Shown here piece after piece: positions 36,951 through 46,467 of a stretch of DNA of 64,000 nucleotides. Made by a program: the position numbers and the translations under genes. A model generated the notes under the pieces. It was given only the letters and a program-made list of their open reading frames with translations, searched no databases and was not told where the DNA came from. This DNA is from an uncultured Flavobacteriaceae bacterium. GTDB lineage: Bacteria; Bacteroidota; Bacteroidia; Flavobacteriales; Weeksellaceae. Each line of letters opens with the position of its first letter. Position 1 is the stretch's first letter. The stretch covers positions 27,926 through 91,925 of the forward strand of contig CAUQSG010000002.1 in NCBI GenBank assembly GCA_963520725.1, written 5' to 3'.

Positions 36951-38021
36951 ATGGATTTACAAGACATTTTTATAAAGCCAGAAAAAATCAGTTGTGAGCA
37001 TTGGCAGCTGGGAAACACTATTTCTGATGAGGTTCAGGAAAATGGAGTGGTGCTTATTTTTTGTTCTGATGAAAGAGGGAGCGGAGGAAATGCTGAAATG
37101 AAGGATTTCAGCAGGCTTAGAAAAGAATTTTATGCCTTGTCAGCATTTGATTTTGAAGTTCCTATTTGTGATTTAGGAGAGCTTATTTCGGGTAAAACTC
37201 AGGCTGATACGCGATATGTTTTGGAGGAAATCCTTACATTTTGTTATAATAAGAATGCAGTTCCAGTTGTCATCGGAGGAAGTGTGGATTTGTCTTACGC
37301 ATTGTTTTCAGCATTAAATTTCCATCAGAAAGGCATTAACTATGCCCATATATCTAATATTGCTTCTCTTTCAAACGAAGGAGAAGAGATTTTGGAGGCG
37401 AACTATTTACACAAGATTTTAACGAAAAAAGAGGCTTCTTTGCGAAATTTTCATCTTTTGGGCTATCAAAGGCATTTGAATGAAATTGCTTTATTAAAGC
37501 TGATGAAAGAAGTGGATTTTGATGTCCTTCGCCTTGCTGATATGATGAATACGACGGAGAAGGCAGAGCCTTTTTTCCGCAGGGCAGATATGGTTACGCT
37601 CAACTGTGATGCCGTGGAGAGTTTTACAGAGGCTTTTTCTACAAATCCGCAGGTAAATGGGCTGAACCGCCGCGAAATCTGTGCCTATATGAAAGAAATA
37701 GGGCTGAGTGAAAATCTGAAAACTGTCGGAGTGTTTAATTTTAATATTCATTCGGAAAACGCTCTAAATCATCAGCTTATGGCACAGATGCTTTGGTATT
37801 TGATAGAAGGAATAAATATCCAAAGGACGCATCCAAAGGAGCGTAGTTATGATACTTTTGTGGTTTTGATAGACAATAGGGAATTTAGTTTTAAAAGGGA
37901 TACTTTCAGCGGATTGTGGTATTTTGTGAAGGGAAATGATGTGAAAAAATGGATTCCTTGTTCCCGAGAAGACTATGAAAACGCTAAGAGAGGCGAACTG
38001 AATAAAAGGTTTTTAATATAA
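36951..38021 (+). CDS. Arginase/formiminoglutamase-fold family protein (start uncertain; alternative at 36909)
   Basis: Overall layout (PVVIGGSVDLSY, TLNCDAVES, VGVFNFN) parallels the arginase family. The canonical GGDHS and DxDxxD metal motifs are not visible. Confidence 0.55.
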   Translation: MDLQDIFIKPEKISCEHWQLGNTISDEVQENGVVLIFCSDERGSGGNAEMKDFSRLRKEFYALSAFDFEVPICDLGELISGKTQADTRYVLEEILTFCYNKNAVPVVIGGSVDLSYALFSALNFHQKGINYAHISNIASLSNEGEEILEANYLHKILTKKEASLRNFHLLGYQRHLNEIALLKLMKEVDFDVLRLADMMNTTEKAEPFFRRADMVTLNCDAVESFTEAFSTNPQVNGLNRREICAYMKEIGLSENLKTVGVFNFNIHSENALNHQLMAQMLWYLIEGINIQRTHPKERSYDTFVVLIDNREFSFKRDTFSGLWYFVKGNDVKKWIPCSREDYENAKRGELNKRFLI

Positions 38022-38025
38022 GATT

Positions 38026-38832
38026 ATGAAGAAAAAGATTTACCATATTTTGTTGATATTCATATTGTTTTTAGGAATAGTAACAGTATTATACATGTAC
38101 AGAAAATTTTCATATGCAGAGAAGCAGGAATATTATCCAGTTCAGGATAATTCTAAGAAAGATAGTATATTGAAAATTGGAATTATTGGTGACAGCTGGG
38201 TGGGACGGACTGATTTGGATAAAAAAATGCAAAAATTCTTTTCTGAAAAAGGAATTGAAGCAGAGTTTATTGCCCTGAGTCACCCTGGAGCAACCTCAAA
38301 AGAGATTTATGAGGACATGTTCAAAGAAAAAAATGAAGAATTTTCATCAAAATTTGTGATAGAATCTAAACCTGATTATTGTATCATCATTGCAGGAGTA
38401 AATGATGTAGCAAGGCATATAGGAAAGAAATATTATGCAGATCATATGGTTTTGATTATAAATACTTTACTACATTACAAAATAAAACCAATTGTTGTAA
38501 AAGTGCCTAATTTTGGGGTAGAGGATGTGCAGGAGTACAAAAATATATTTAGTAAGTATACAAATATTGTGTCTGAAGTGATTGATGGTGGAGAGGTGAA
38601 TGATAATAATGTGTCTACATATAGAGAGACACTTAATAAAGAATTAAAAGAAAATGATTTGTTAGATAAAATTATACTTTTTGATTCAGATAAAATCAAT
38701 AAAGATTACAAGAATAACAAGAATTTGTTTACAGACCCATTACATCTTAATGAGCAAGGATATGAAGTTTTTATTAAGGCGCTGTCAGAAGATATCATTG
38801 AGGAAATAAAAAGTGAGAATAAGCAGAATTAA
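38026..38832 (+). CDS. SGNH/GDSL hydrolase family protein
   Basis: N-terminal TM segment, then GIIGDSWV (block I) and a GxND-like AGVNDV. Confidence 0.75.
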   Translation: MKKKIYHILLIFILFLGIVTVLYMYRKFSYAEKQEYYPVQDNSKKDSILKIGIIGDSWVGRTDLDKKMQKFFSEKGIEAEFIALSHPGATSKEIYEDMFKEKNEEFSSKFVIESKPDYCIIIAGVNDVARHIGKKYYADHMVLIINTLLHYKIKPIVVKVPNFGVEDVQEYKNIFSKYTNIVSEVIDGGEVNDNNVSTYRETLNKELKENDLLDKIILFDSDKINKDYKNNKNLFTDPLHLNEQGYEVFIKALSEDIIEEIKSENKQN

Positions 38833-38851
38833 AGATGAAAATCGAAATAGC

Positions 38852-39844
38852 ATGAAGAAAGTATCCATCATCGTTCCTGTTTATAATGTAGAAAAGTATC
38901 TTGCAAAATGCCTTGATTCGTTGGTGAATCAGACTTTGGAGAATGTGGAAATCATTGTAGTAGATGATGGAAGCAAGGACAATTCTAAGCAGATTATAGA
39001 TGAATTTCAGACCAAATATCCTGATAAAATAAAATCTTTTGTAAAGGAAAATGGAGGGCTGAGCGATGCGAGAAATTTTGGCTTGGAAAGGGCGAGTGGA
39101 GAATATATAGGCTTTGTGGATAGTGATGATTATGTTACAGTGGAGATGTTTGAGGAAATGTATTCTCTTGCCCAAAAATACGATGCCGAAATGGTAATCT
39201 GTAACCTTCAAAAGGTGGATGAAAACGGAAAAATTCTTCAAAAACTCACACAGGTTCCCAATATGCCAGAGAAAATAGATTTAGCGAAGAACCTTTCTGT
39301 TTTTTCGGATTTGGGATATTTTGCTTGTAATAAACTTTTTAAAAGGGAATTGTTTGAAAATAAGCGATTTAAAAAAGGAGTGCATTTTGAGGATATACAA
39401 CTCATTCCACAGCTTTTGTTGAGTTGTAAGACTTTGGCCCAAACTCAGAATTATCATTACCAATACTTTGAACGACAGGATTCTATTACGAAAACCCATA
39501 CAGAAAAAGGTTTGGATTTATTAAAAGCTGTGAAAGCTGTGGAAGAAGCGTTCCAAAAGTCTCAATATTCTAATGAAAAACAGGCATTAAAAGGATTTTG
39601 GATATTCGAGGCGGTTTATTCTTATTTGGCGTATTTGGCTTTTGTAAAGGATGATAATCTATACCAAAGAATGTCAGCAGAACTGAGAAAATTCATAAAG
39701 GAAAGAAAAATATCTTTGATAGAAATTCTTAATTATGAGCGGTTTGGTAAGAATTATCTCGTATCTTTGCCAATTAAGAAAAAAGTATATTATTTATTGT
39801 ATTTTTTGAGGCAGGAATGGCTTTTGAGAAAAATACTGAAATAG
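38852..39844 (+). CDS. Glycosyltransferase family 2
   Basis: VSIIVPVYNVEKYL...IIVVDDGSKDNS...FVDSDD. The start is taken at ATG 38852. Confidence 0.9.
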   Translation: MKKVSIIVPVYNVEKYLAKCLDSLVNQTLENVEIIVVDDGSKDNSKQIIDEFQTKYPDKIKSFVKENGGLSDARNFGLERASGEYIGFVDSDDYVTVEMFEEMYSLAQKYDAEMVICNLQKVDENGKILQKLTQVPNMPEKIDLAKNLSVFSDLGYFACNKLFKRELFENKRFKKGVHFEDIQLIPQLLLSCKTLAQTQNYHYQYFERQDSITKTHTEKGLDLLKAVKAVEEAFQKSQYSNEKQALKGFWIFEAVYSYLAYLAFVKDDNLYQRMSAELRKFIKERKISLIEILNYERFGKNYLVSLPIKKKVYYLLYFLRQEWLLRKILK

Positions 39845-39851
39845 AGAAAAG

Positions 39852-40982
39852 ATGATACATTTCCTACACCCAGTTTTTACGATACTGACAATAATTCTCG
39901 TAATTTATAGCTTCTTAGAGGTAAATAATTACAAGAATTATAACTCTGTGTGGGTGGTGATTGCTTTTTTGACAATATTTATTGGGTTAAGATATTGGAT
40001 AGGTGCGGATTATGCAAATTATTTTAGGGCATATCATGAATTCGGAAGAGATTTGGATATGTCAGATATTCTTAATATGATTAGAGAAAGGAGAAAGGAT
40101 ATACACATGGAATGGCTGTATTTGTTCTTTGCAAATGCAATATATGAGGGGGGCTTTTCTTTTTATGTTTTTACTTTTTTATTAGCAATTGTTTCTATTT
40201 CAATTAAATATAAAGTTTTTACTGAACATGCTGTATATCCAGCATTTGCAATGCTGTTGTTTATGTATCCAACAATACTTGTTTCTGATGGAGGGCAGAT
40301 GAGGCAGGGAATGGCTATGGCCATACTGCTTTTTTCCTTTAGATATATCAAGGAAAGAAAACTTCTTATGTTTTTGTTTACAGCATATTTAGCTATAGGT
40401 TTTCATACATCAACAACGATTTTTATTATTGCCTATTGGGTGGTTTTGATTCCTATGAATTCTACTCGTATTTTAATAGCTGTTTTAATATGCATGGCAT
40501 TATCTCCATTAAAACTTTATCAGTATATTTCGTTATTGGATTCCTTTACTTCTACAGGAGTTTATTCTGGTTTTCAATCTTATGAATCATTAGATATTGA
40601 AGAATCTTCAGTTCGTTTTGTTAAGCTTACGGATTTGGTCTGTATTGTATATACTTATTTTTTAGTTGCGTATGATAAAGTAGCATGTCAAAAAATTCTA
40701 TATTATGAGTATATGAGAAATATAGGAGTTTTGGGTATTTGTTTGTATTTTATCTTTAGATGGAATGATATATTTGCATCAAGATTGATAGCCAATTTTC
40801 TTATTTATATGCCTATGGTGTTGGTAAATATAGTTGCAGCTGTAAGTAGTGATAGACTAAGAAAGTCCCTACAGTATGTTCTTATGATGTTTGTGGCTTT
40901 CCAATATTTTGTATATGCAAATCAGCATGGATTGAGAACAGGATATACAATGGAATATAGAAATATTTTATGGGTAGAATAA
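39852..40982 (+). CDS. EpsG-family polysaccharide polymerase-like membrane protein
   Basis: Polytopic membrane protein with GLRYWIGADYANY near the N-terminus. Confidence 0.8.
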   Translation: MIHFLHPVFTILTIILVIYSFLEVNNYKNYNSVWVVIAFLTIFIGLRYWIGADYANYFRAYHEFGRDLDMSDILNMIRERRKDIHMEWLYLFFANAIYEGGFSFYVFTFLLAIVSISIKYKVFTEHAVYPAFAMLLFMYPTILVSDGGQMRQGMAMAILLFSFRYIKERKLLMFLFTAYLAIGFHTSTTIFIIAYWVVLIPMNSTRILIAVLICMALSPLKLYQYISLLDSFTSTGVYSGFQSYESLDIEESSVRFVKLTDLVCIVYTYFLVAYDKVACQKILYYEYMRNIGVLGICLYFIFRWNDIFASRLIANFLIYMPMVLVNIVAAVSSDRLRKSLQYVLMMFVAFQYFVYANQHGLRTGYTMEYRNILWVE

Positions 40983-40989
40983 AAATATT

Positions 40990-42108
40990 ATGGATGAAAT
41001 AAAACTATTTTTTGGACTAGAAGGGCAAATGTTTTTTCTTGTGAAAATATGTTTTGTTCTTTTACTTTCTTTTTTGTTAAGTTATAAAGCTATACCTGTA
41101 ATCATTAGAATTTCAAAAAGTAAAAATCTAATGGATATACCAGGTGATAGGAGTTCCCATGAGTATAAAATTCCTAATCTTGGTGGAATAGCTTTGTTTT
41201 ATACAATAGGTATCTGTGCGCCAATTTTTGCTTATGAACTATTTGTGCAGTATAGATTTTTGTTTCCTGCATTGGTTATCTTGCTTTATATAGGAGTAAT
41301 GGATGATATTCTGGTGATGAAAGCCTATAAAAAACTGATTGGGCAAATTGTTATTGCGACCATGATGGTGGTGGGTTCTGATGTTCGAATAAGAAGCTTG
41401 TTTGGTTTATTTAGTATTTATGAATTAGAATATTTTGTGAGTGTATTTTTTAGTATATTTTCATTTATTATACTTATCAATGCATTTAATTTGATAGATG
41501 GAATAGATGGGTTAGCGGGAATATTTGCTGTGATTAGTTTTTCTATTTTTGGATTTAGTTATTACCGTTTGGGAGAATATAATTATCCGATGGTCATTCT
41601 TTGTGTGGTGATTATAGGATCTTTGTTGGGTTTTTTATATTATAACTTATCCAATAACTGGCGGCAAAAGATTTTTATGGGAGATACAGGTTCTATGATT
41701 ATAGGATTTATCCTTGTGTTCACGGCATTTTATTTTATTGATTTGTTTATCAGTGGTGGAGACACAGTGTCTGTAGGAAGGCCAAAATATCATTTGGGAA
41801 CAGCCCCTATTATAGCGGCAGCTATTTTGATTATCCCTATTATAGATACATTGAATGTTATTATTGTAAGGCTTTTGAATAAGAAATCACCATTAAGAGC
41901 GGATAGAAACCATATCCATCATAAGGTTTTGGATTTAGGTTTTACCCATAAAAAGGCTACAGCATTTATTATCACCTATTACATGGGAATAGTTTTGGTT
42001 ACTTATTTTCTGCGCCATATGGATATTAATTTATTATTTTTAGTGGTGCTTAGTTTAGGTTTTTTTGGAGCATATTTGCCAAATATTATATCAAAACTGA
42101 AAAAATAA
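40990..42108 (+). CDS. Glycosyltransferase family 4 (MraY/WecA-like undecaprenyl-phosphate sugar-1-phosphate transferase)
   Basis: NAFNLIDGIDGLAG and MGDTGS motifs in a polytopic protein. Confidence 0.88.
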   Translation: MDEIKLFFGLEGQMFFLVKICFVLLLSFLLSYKAIPVIIRISKSKNLMDIPGDRSSHEYKIPNLGGIALFYTIGICAPIFAYELFVQYRFLFPALVILLYIGVMDDILVMKAYKKLIGQIVIATMMVVGSDVRIRSLFGLFSIYELEYFVSVFFSIFSFIILINAFNLIDGIDGLAGIFAVISFSIFGFSYYRLGEYNYPMVILCVVIIGSLLGFLYYNLSNNWRQKIFMGDTGSMIIGFILVFTAFYFIDLFISGGDTVSVGRPKYHLGTAPIIAAAILIIPIIDTLNVIIVRLLNKKSPLRADRNHIHHKVLDLGFTHKKATAFIITYYMGIVLVTYFLRHMDINLLFLVVLSLGFFGAYLPNIISKLKK

Positions 42109-42148
42109 TAATAAAAATCATATTTTTGTAGAATCAATAATAAAAACG

Positions 42149-43030
42149 ATGAAAAGAAACAGCATTTTAGGCCTAGTGGCAGCAATGATGATGATATCTT
42201 GTGTGGGAACAAAAGATGTAAAATATCTTCAAAAAAATGAAAATCTGGAGATTAACTCTGAAGGATTAGTCCCTTACAATATTCCTATATATAGAGTTAC
42301 AAAAAATGATATACTTTCTCTTAATGTGATTACAACTCCTAAGGGGGATGCGGCTCAGTTTTATTCTTCATACAATGTTTCAGGAGGAGAAGGTGCAGGA
42401 GCAGGAATTTTGAATCCAAGTGTATCGGGAGCATCTGGCACAACATCTGGAAGTGGTAGTACAGGAACCATGTCTGGTGGTAATGGGAATTACTATTTCC
42501 GAGGGCTAAAGGTAGACTCTAAAGGAGACATCAATGTTTTTGGAATTGGTTTTATAAAAGCTGAAGGAAGAACATTGGAAGATATTTCTCAAGAAATCCA
42601 AACTCGTGTAAACGAAAATTTCTTAGGAGGAAAATCTGAGGTAAGGCTTAATTTAGACGGGATAAGATACTATATCCTTGGGGATGTAGAAACCATAGGA
42701 ATTACAGGTGAAAAAGTGGCTTACAAACAGACACTTACCATTACAGAAGCTTTGGCAATGAATGGCGGTCTAAATAGAACTGTAGATAGAAAGAACATAG
42801 TTCTACATAGAAAACTTCCAGAAGGAATAAAGATAGTAAAACTAGACCTTACTAGAGAAGATGTGATGAATTCGCAGTATTATTGGCTTCAGAATGGAGA
42901 TGAGATTTATTTAAATACTAGAGGAAGAAACCTTAATGGATTTGGTAAAGAACCTGTACAGACTATTAGTACAGCAGTTTCCCTTATTACATCAGCCCTT
43001 ACGGTATATCTTCTTTTTTCAAGATTATAA
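42149..43030 (+). CDS. Polysaccharide export protein (Wza-like) with a Gly/Ser-rich insertion
   Basis: Lipobox MMISC, a Poly_export-like YRVTKNDILSLNV, an SLBB-like C-terminal part, and the insertion GGEGAGAGILNPSVSGASGTTSGSGSTGTMSGGNGN. Confidence 0.8.
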   Translation: MKRNSILGLVAAMMMISCVGTKDVKYLQKNENLEINSEGLVPYNIPIYRVTKNDILSLNVITTPKGDAAQFYSSYNVSGGEGAGAGILNPSVSGASGTTSGSGSTGTMSGGNGNYYFRGLKVDSKGDINVFGIGFIKAEGRTLEDISQEIQTRVNENFLGGKSEVRLNLDGIRYYILGDVETIGITGEKVAYKQTLTITEALAMNGGLNRTVDRKNIVLHRKLPEGIKIVKLDLTREDVMNSQYYWLQNGDEIYLNTRGRNLNGFGKEPVQTISTAVSLITSALTVYLLFSRL

Positions 43031-43033
43031 AAT

Positions 43034-45541
43034 ATGATTCCAGGAAAAAATAATAATACACAGGAACAAATCCCTACAGGACAGGAAAAAAGTAAGGTGG
43101 GGACTTTTAGCATATTTAGTGTAGAGAGTTTTATTAGGAGGGTTATTAGAAACTGGTATTGGTTTGTAGGACTTGCTATTTTGGGATATAGTATTTTTTA
43201 TATTTATAATAAGTGGTATGTTCAGAGAATTTATGCTTCAAATTTGTCTTTAAGTATCTCAAGCGGTACTGCTAGCTATTTTACACCTAATCAGTCTATT
43301 AACTTCATTTGGGGGCAGGAAGGGAATCAAGATGGAGTGTTCCTCAAAAAAATGGTTTTGTCTAGAAGCCATAATGAATATTTGGTTCAGGAATTGGATT
43401 TGTTTGTAGGATATTCTACAAAGGGACTTCTAAAATCTACATATTTGGACAAATATGACTCTCCTGTTCTTGTAGAAGTGGATAAGGAACATTTACAACA
43501 GGTCAATTATCCCATAACGATTTACCCAAAAGGAAATGGAAAATATGAAATAGAACTTCCTGAGGAGGGGCATTCTACACATTTGTATAGTTATAAAACA
43601 GAAGGGTTTAAAGATGTTTCTGCATATGGAAGACCAGCAAATAAGGTGGTTTCAGTTAATCAATGGTATGAGACACCTAACCTACGGTTTAGGCTGATTC
43701 ATAATCCAGAAGCAAAAGTTAAGTTAGATAAAATTATAATCAATTTAAGCACAGTAGATCAAGCTGTTAGGACGATAATTTCTACTATAAATGTAGAATT
43801 TGATAAAGAATTAAACACCATAATGACTATCAGTAAGAAAGGTTATAACCTTCGTGAGACGGTATCTTTCTTAAATCAATCTGTGGAGAAACTTATTGAA
43901 AAAAGAGAAGAGGACAAAACCCTTGTGGATAAGAATACTCTTCAATACATCAATGATAATCTCAAAAAGGTTAGACAAAAATTAGATTCTAGTGCAAACA
44001 ACTTTAACCAGCTGAAAATAGATAAAAAGATGTTCAGCGTAGAGGGGAAAGACCAAGAGTTGTTGAAAAAAATCTATGATTTAGAAATAAAAAGAGCCGA
44101 ACTACTTACCAAAATGAATTCTCTTAATAGCATAAGAAATTCTGTAAGTAGAAGTTTGGAAGACCTTATCAATGTTAATAGTGCAGGGATAGAAGATGGA
44201 GGTTTTATGGCGACTATTTCGGAGCTTAAAGCATTGTATCTTAAAAGGTTGGAGATGTCTACTATCTATACGCCTGATTCTGAACCTATGCGGGAGATTA
44301 ACAAACTTATAAATGAAGCTAGGGGAAAATCCTATGGTAGGTTGAACGATTATTCTTCTGTTTATAATGAACAATTGGCCAAAATAAATGATGATATCAG
44401 AAGAGCAGAACTAGATTTGGTGCATTTGCCTGATGACCAAAGGAAATATATAGACATGGAAAGGGAGTATAAGGTGATAGAAACAACCTACAATACTCTA
44501 CTTTCAAAACAAGCTGAAACTCAACTGAGACTCGCGACAGCTAAATCTGATTTGACTATCATAGACCCAGCAAAAGACTTGGGACAAGGACCTATTGGAC
44601 CAAATGTTGCTCTTGTGAAATATGGACTTGTATTTGGTTTTATGCTTATACCATTGTTGCTGATTTTAGTAACAGAGATATTGGACAACAGAGTAAAATC
44701 TATAGCAGAGTTATTGGGTGTTGTCAAGATACCTCTTCTAGGTGTTATTGGTAAAAACCTTCATGAAAATAACCTTACAGTCTTGGAACAGCCAAAATCT
44801 TCTATTTCAGAGGCTTTTAGGGGAATCAGAGCGAATTTAAGATTTCTTTATAACGAAGATGGAAATAGCAAAGTGATTTTGGTGACTTCATCAGTAGGAG
44901 GGGAAGGGAAAACATATTGTTCCATCAATATAGCATCAGTTCTAGGGCTGAGTGGCAAAAAAACTATTTTGCTCGGAATGGATTTAAGAAAGCCTAAAAT
45001 TTTTGGAGATTTTAAGATAAACAACAAATATGGAATTTCTAATTATCTTTCTGGAGATATAGAGATGCACGAAATTATCAATAAAACTAAAATTCCTGCT
45101 TTGGATGTGGCGACTTCTGGGCCGATTCCACCGAACCCTTCGGAGCTTTTGATGAGCGACAAGAACAAGGAGTTTATAGAATTATTGAAAAAAGAGTATG
45201 ATTTTATCATCATAGACTCGCCGCCAGTAGGATTGGTTGCAGACTCTTTTGAACTGATGAAACTTACAGATGCCAATGTATATGTGGTAAGACATGAATA
45301 TACAGAAAAACATATGCTTAGAATGGTAACAGAGAAGTATCATGCGGAAGAGATTAAACATCTAGGACTTATTTATAATGATTTTGTGTCTAAGCAGGGC
45401 TATGGTTACGGCTATGGTTATGGCTATGGTTATGGCTACGGTTACGGCTACGGTTATTTTGATGAAGACAAAAACTATGAAGAGCCTACTCTGATAAAAA
45501 TTAGAAATAAAATCAGGAGTATTCTTGGTAAAAACAAGTAA
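43034..45541 (+). CDS. Polysaccharide co-polymerase / tyrosine autokinase (Wzc-like BY-kinase)
   Basis: Two TM segments flank a long coiled periplasmic domain. Walker A SSVGGEGKT, Walker B IIIDSPP, and a C-terminal (GY)10 tyrosine cluster. Confidence 0.9.
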   Translation: MIPGKNNNTQEQIPTGQEKSKVGTFSIFSVESFIRRVIRNWYWFVGLAILGYSIFYIYNKWYVQRIYASNLSLSISSGTASYFTPNQSINFIWGQEGNQDGVFLKKMVLSRSHNEYLVQELDLFVGYSTKGLLKSTYLDKYDSPVLVEVDKEHLQQVNYPITIYPKGNGKYEIELPEEGHSTHLYSYKTEGFKDVSAYGRPANKVVSVNQWYETPNLRFRLIHNPEAKVKLDKIIINLSTVDQAVRTIISTINVEFDKELNTIMTISKKGYNLRETVSFLNQSVEKLIEKREEDKTLVDKNTLQYINDNLKKVRQKLDSSANNFNQLKIDKKMFSVEGKDQELLKKIYDLEIKRAELLTKMNSLNSIRNSVSRSLEDLINVNSAGIEDGGFMATISELKALYLKRLEMSTIYTPDSEPMREINKLINEARGKSYGRLNDYSSVYNEQLAKINDDIRRAELDLVHLPDDQRKYIDMEREYKVIETTYNTLLSKQAETQLRLATAKSDLTIIDPAKDLGQGPIGPNVALVKYGLVFGFMLIPLLLILVTEILDNRVKSIAELLGVVKIPLLGVIGKNLHENNLTVLEQPKSSISEAFRGIRANLRFLYNEDGNSKVILVTSSVGGEGKTYCSINIASVLGLSGKKTILLGMDLRKPKIFGDFKINNKYGISNYLSGDIEMHEIINKTKIPALDVATSGPIPPNPSELLMSDKNKEFIELLKKEYDFIIIDSPPVGLVADSFELMKLTDANVYVVRHEYTEKHMLRMVTEKYHAEEIKHLGLIYNDFVSKQGYGYGYGYGYGYGYGYGYGYFDEDKNYEEPTLIKIRNKIRSILGKNK
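45398..45457 (+). repeat. 60-bp hexanucleotide repeat (GGY TAY)x10 encoding (GY)10
   Basis: Read directly from the sequence. Confidence 0.95.
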
Positions 45542-45549
45542 ACAAAAAA

Positions 45550-45570
45550 AGAGCAATGAAACATTGCTCT
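45550..45570. terminator. Bidirectional terminator
   Basis: Stem AGAGCAATG/CATTGCTCT flanked by an A-run and a T-run. Confidence 0.7.
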
Positions 45571-45573
45571 TTT

Positions 45574-46383
45574 TTATATTTCAATATCAACTACATAGCC
45601 TTCGTGGTTTCTTATGTTGATGACATTTCCGTCTTGAAAACAAAGATATTGACCTTTTATTCCATGTAGAACGCTACTGAATTTAGGCTGTTTGTCCAAA
45701 GTGAAAACTAAAATTTTCTTAGGAGCAGTGTAGGGAAAATCTATTTTCCATATTTTTTCTCCATTGATGGCGAATTTTCTGCTTTCTATTGGAAAAAGGC
45801 TCTCTATTTTATTTCTAAAATCAATTAAGTCAATCTCATCTTCATACTCATCTTGGAGCATTTTTCGCCAGTTGGTTTTATCTGAAATGTGTTGTTTCAG
45901 CGCAACTTCTATTACGCCTGCTTCATAGCGGTTTTCGGTTCGTGCGATGGGAAGGGCAAATGTAGCGCCTTGGTCTATCCATCGCGTTGGGATTTGGCTT
46001 TCGCGGGTTACGCCCACCTTTACATCGCCTGTATATGCCAAATAGACAATATGAGGCTGGAGCTGAATGTTTTTTTCTATTTCCAAATTTCGCTCTTCCA
46101 CACCGAGATGAGCTGTGGAAAGCTCTGGCTTTAAGATAGAGTCGCTGGCGAAAGGGCTTTCGAAAAAACATTTTTTACAAAACCCCATTCGAAAAACAGG
46201 TTCGCTGCTTCCGCATTCTATGCATTGATAACCAATGTGCTGTATGCTTATTTTCTTTCCAAATAACTCATTTAGGTGTATGATGTCTCCTGAAATATTT
46301 AGGTAATATTGCACAGGTTCAGCAAGTTGAGTTATCATTTTACGAATTTGTCCTCTGAATAACATCTTCTTTTTTATAAACAC
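45574..46383 (-). CDS. DUF2797-like zinc-ribbon protein (start may be the internal ATG at 46365)
   Basis: CIECGS...FCKKCF cysteine pairs. The N-terminus GQIRKM...PVQYYL matches my recollection of DUF2797. A TAnnTTTG box on the minus strand (46383-46390) overlaps the first ATG. Confidence 0.6.
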   Translation of the reverse strand: MFIKKKMLFRGQIRKMITQLAEPVQYYLNISGDIIHLNELFGKKISIQHIGYQCIECGSSEPVFRMGFCKKCFFESPFASDSILKPELSTAHLGVEERNLEIEKNIQLQPHIVYLAYTGDVKVGVTRESQIPTRWIDQGATFALPIARTENRYEAGVIEVALKQHISDKTNWRKMLQDEYEDEIDLIDFRNKIESLFPIESRKFAINGEKIWKIDFPYTAPKKILVFTLDKQPKFSSVLHGIKGQYLCFQDGNVINIRNHEGYVVDIEI

Positions 46384-46439
46384 AAAAATATAAATTTTAT
46401 GAATAGAAATAGAAAATCATGAAATTATTATTTTTTTCA

Positions 46440-46447
46440 TACATTTG
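46440..46447 (+). promoter_or_regulatory. -7 promoter box TACATTTG
   Basis: Exact TAnnTTTG, 20 nt before the ATG at 46468. Confidence 0.5.
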
Positions 46448-46467
46448 CCGTTTGTAAAAAAAAGATA

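Noticed and set aside
46383-46390. Minus-strand TAnnTTTG box as the promoter for the DUF2797-like gene with its start at 46383
   Set aside because: The box overlaps that ATG, so both cannot be right. I kept the gene, flagged the start as uncertain (46365 is possible), and did not annotate the box as a feature.
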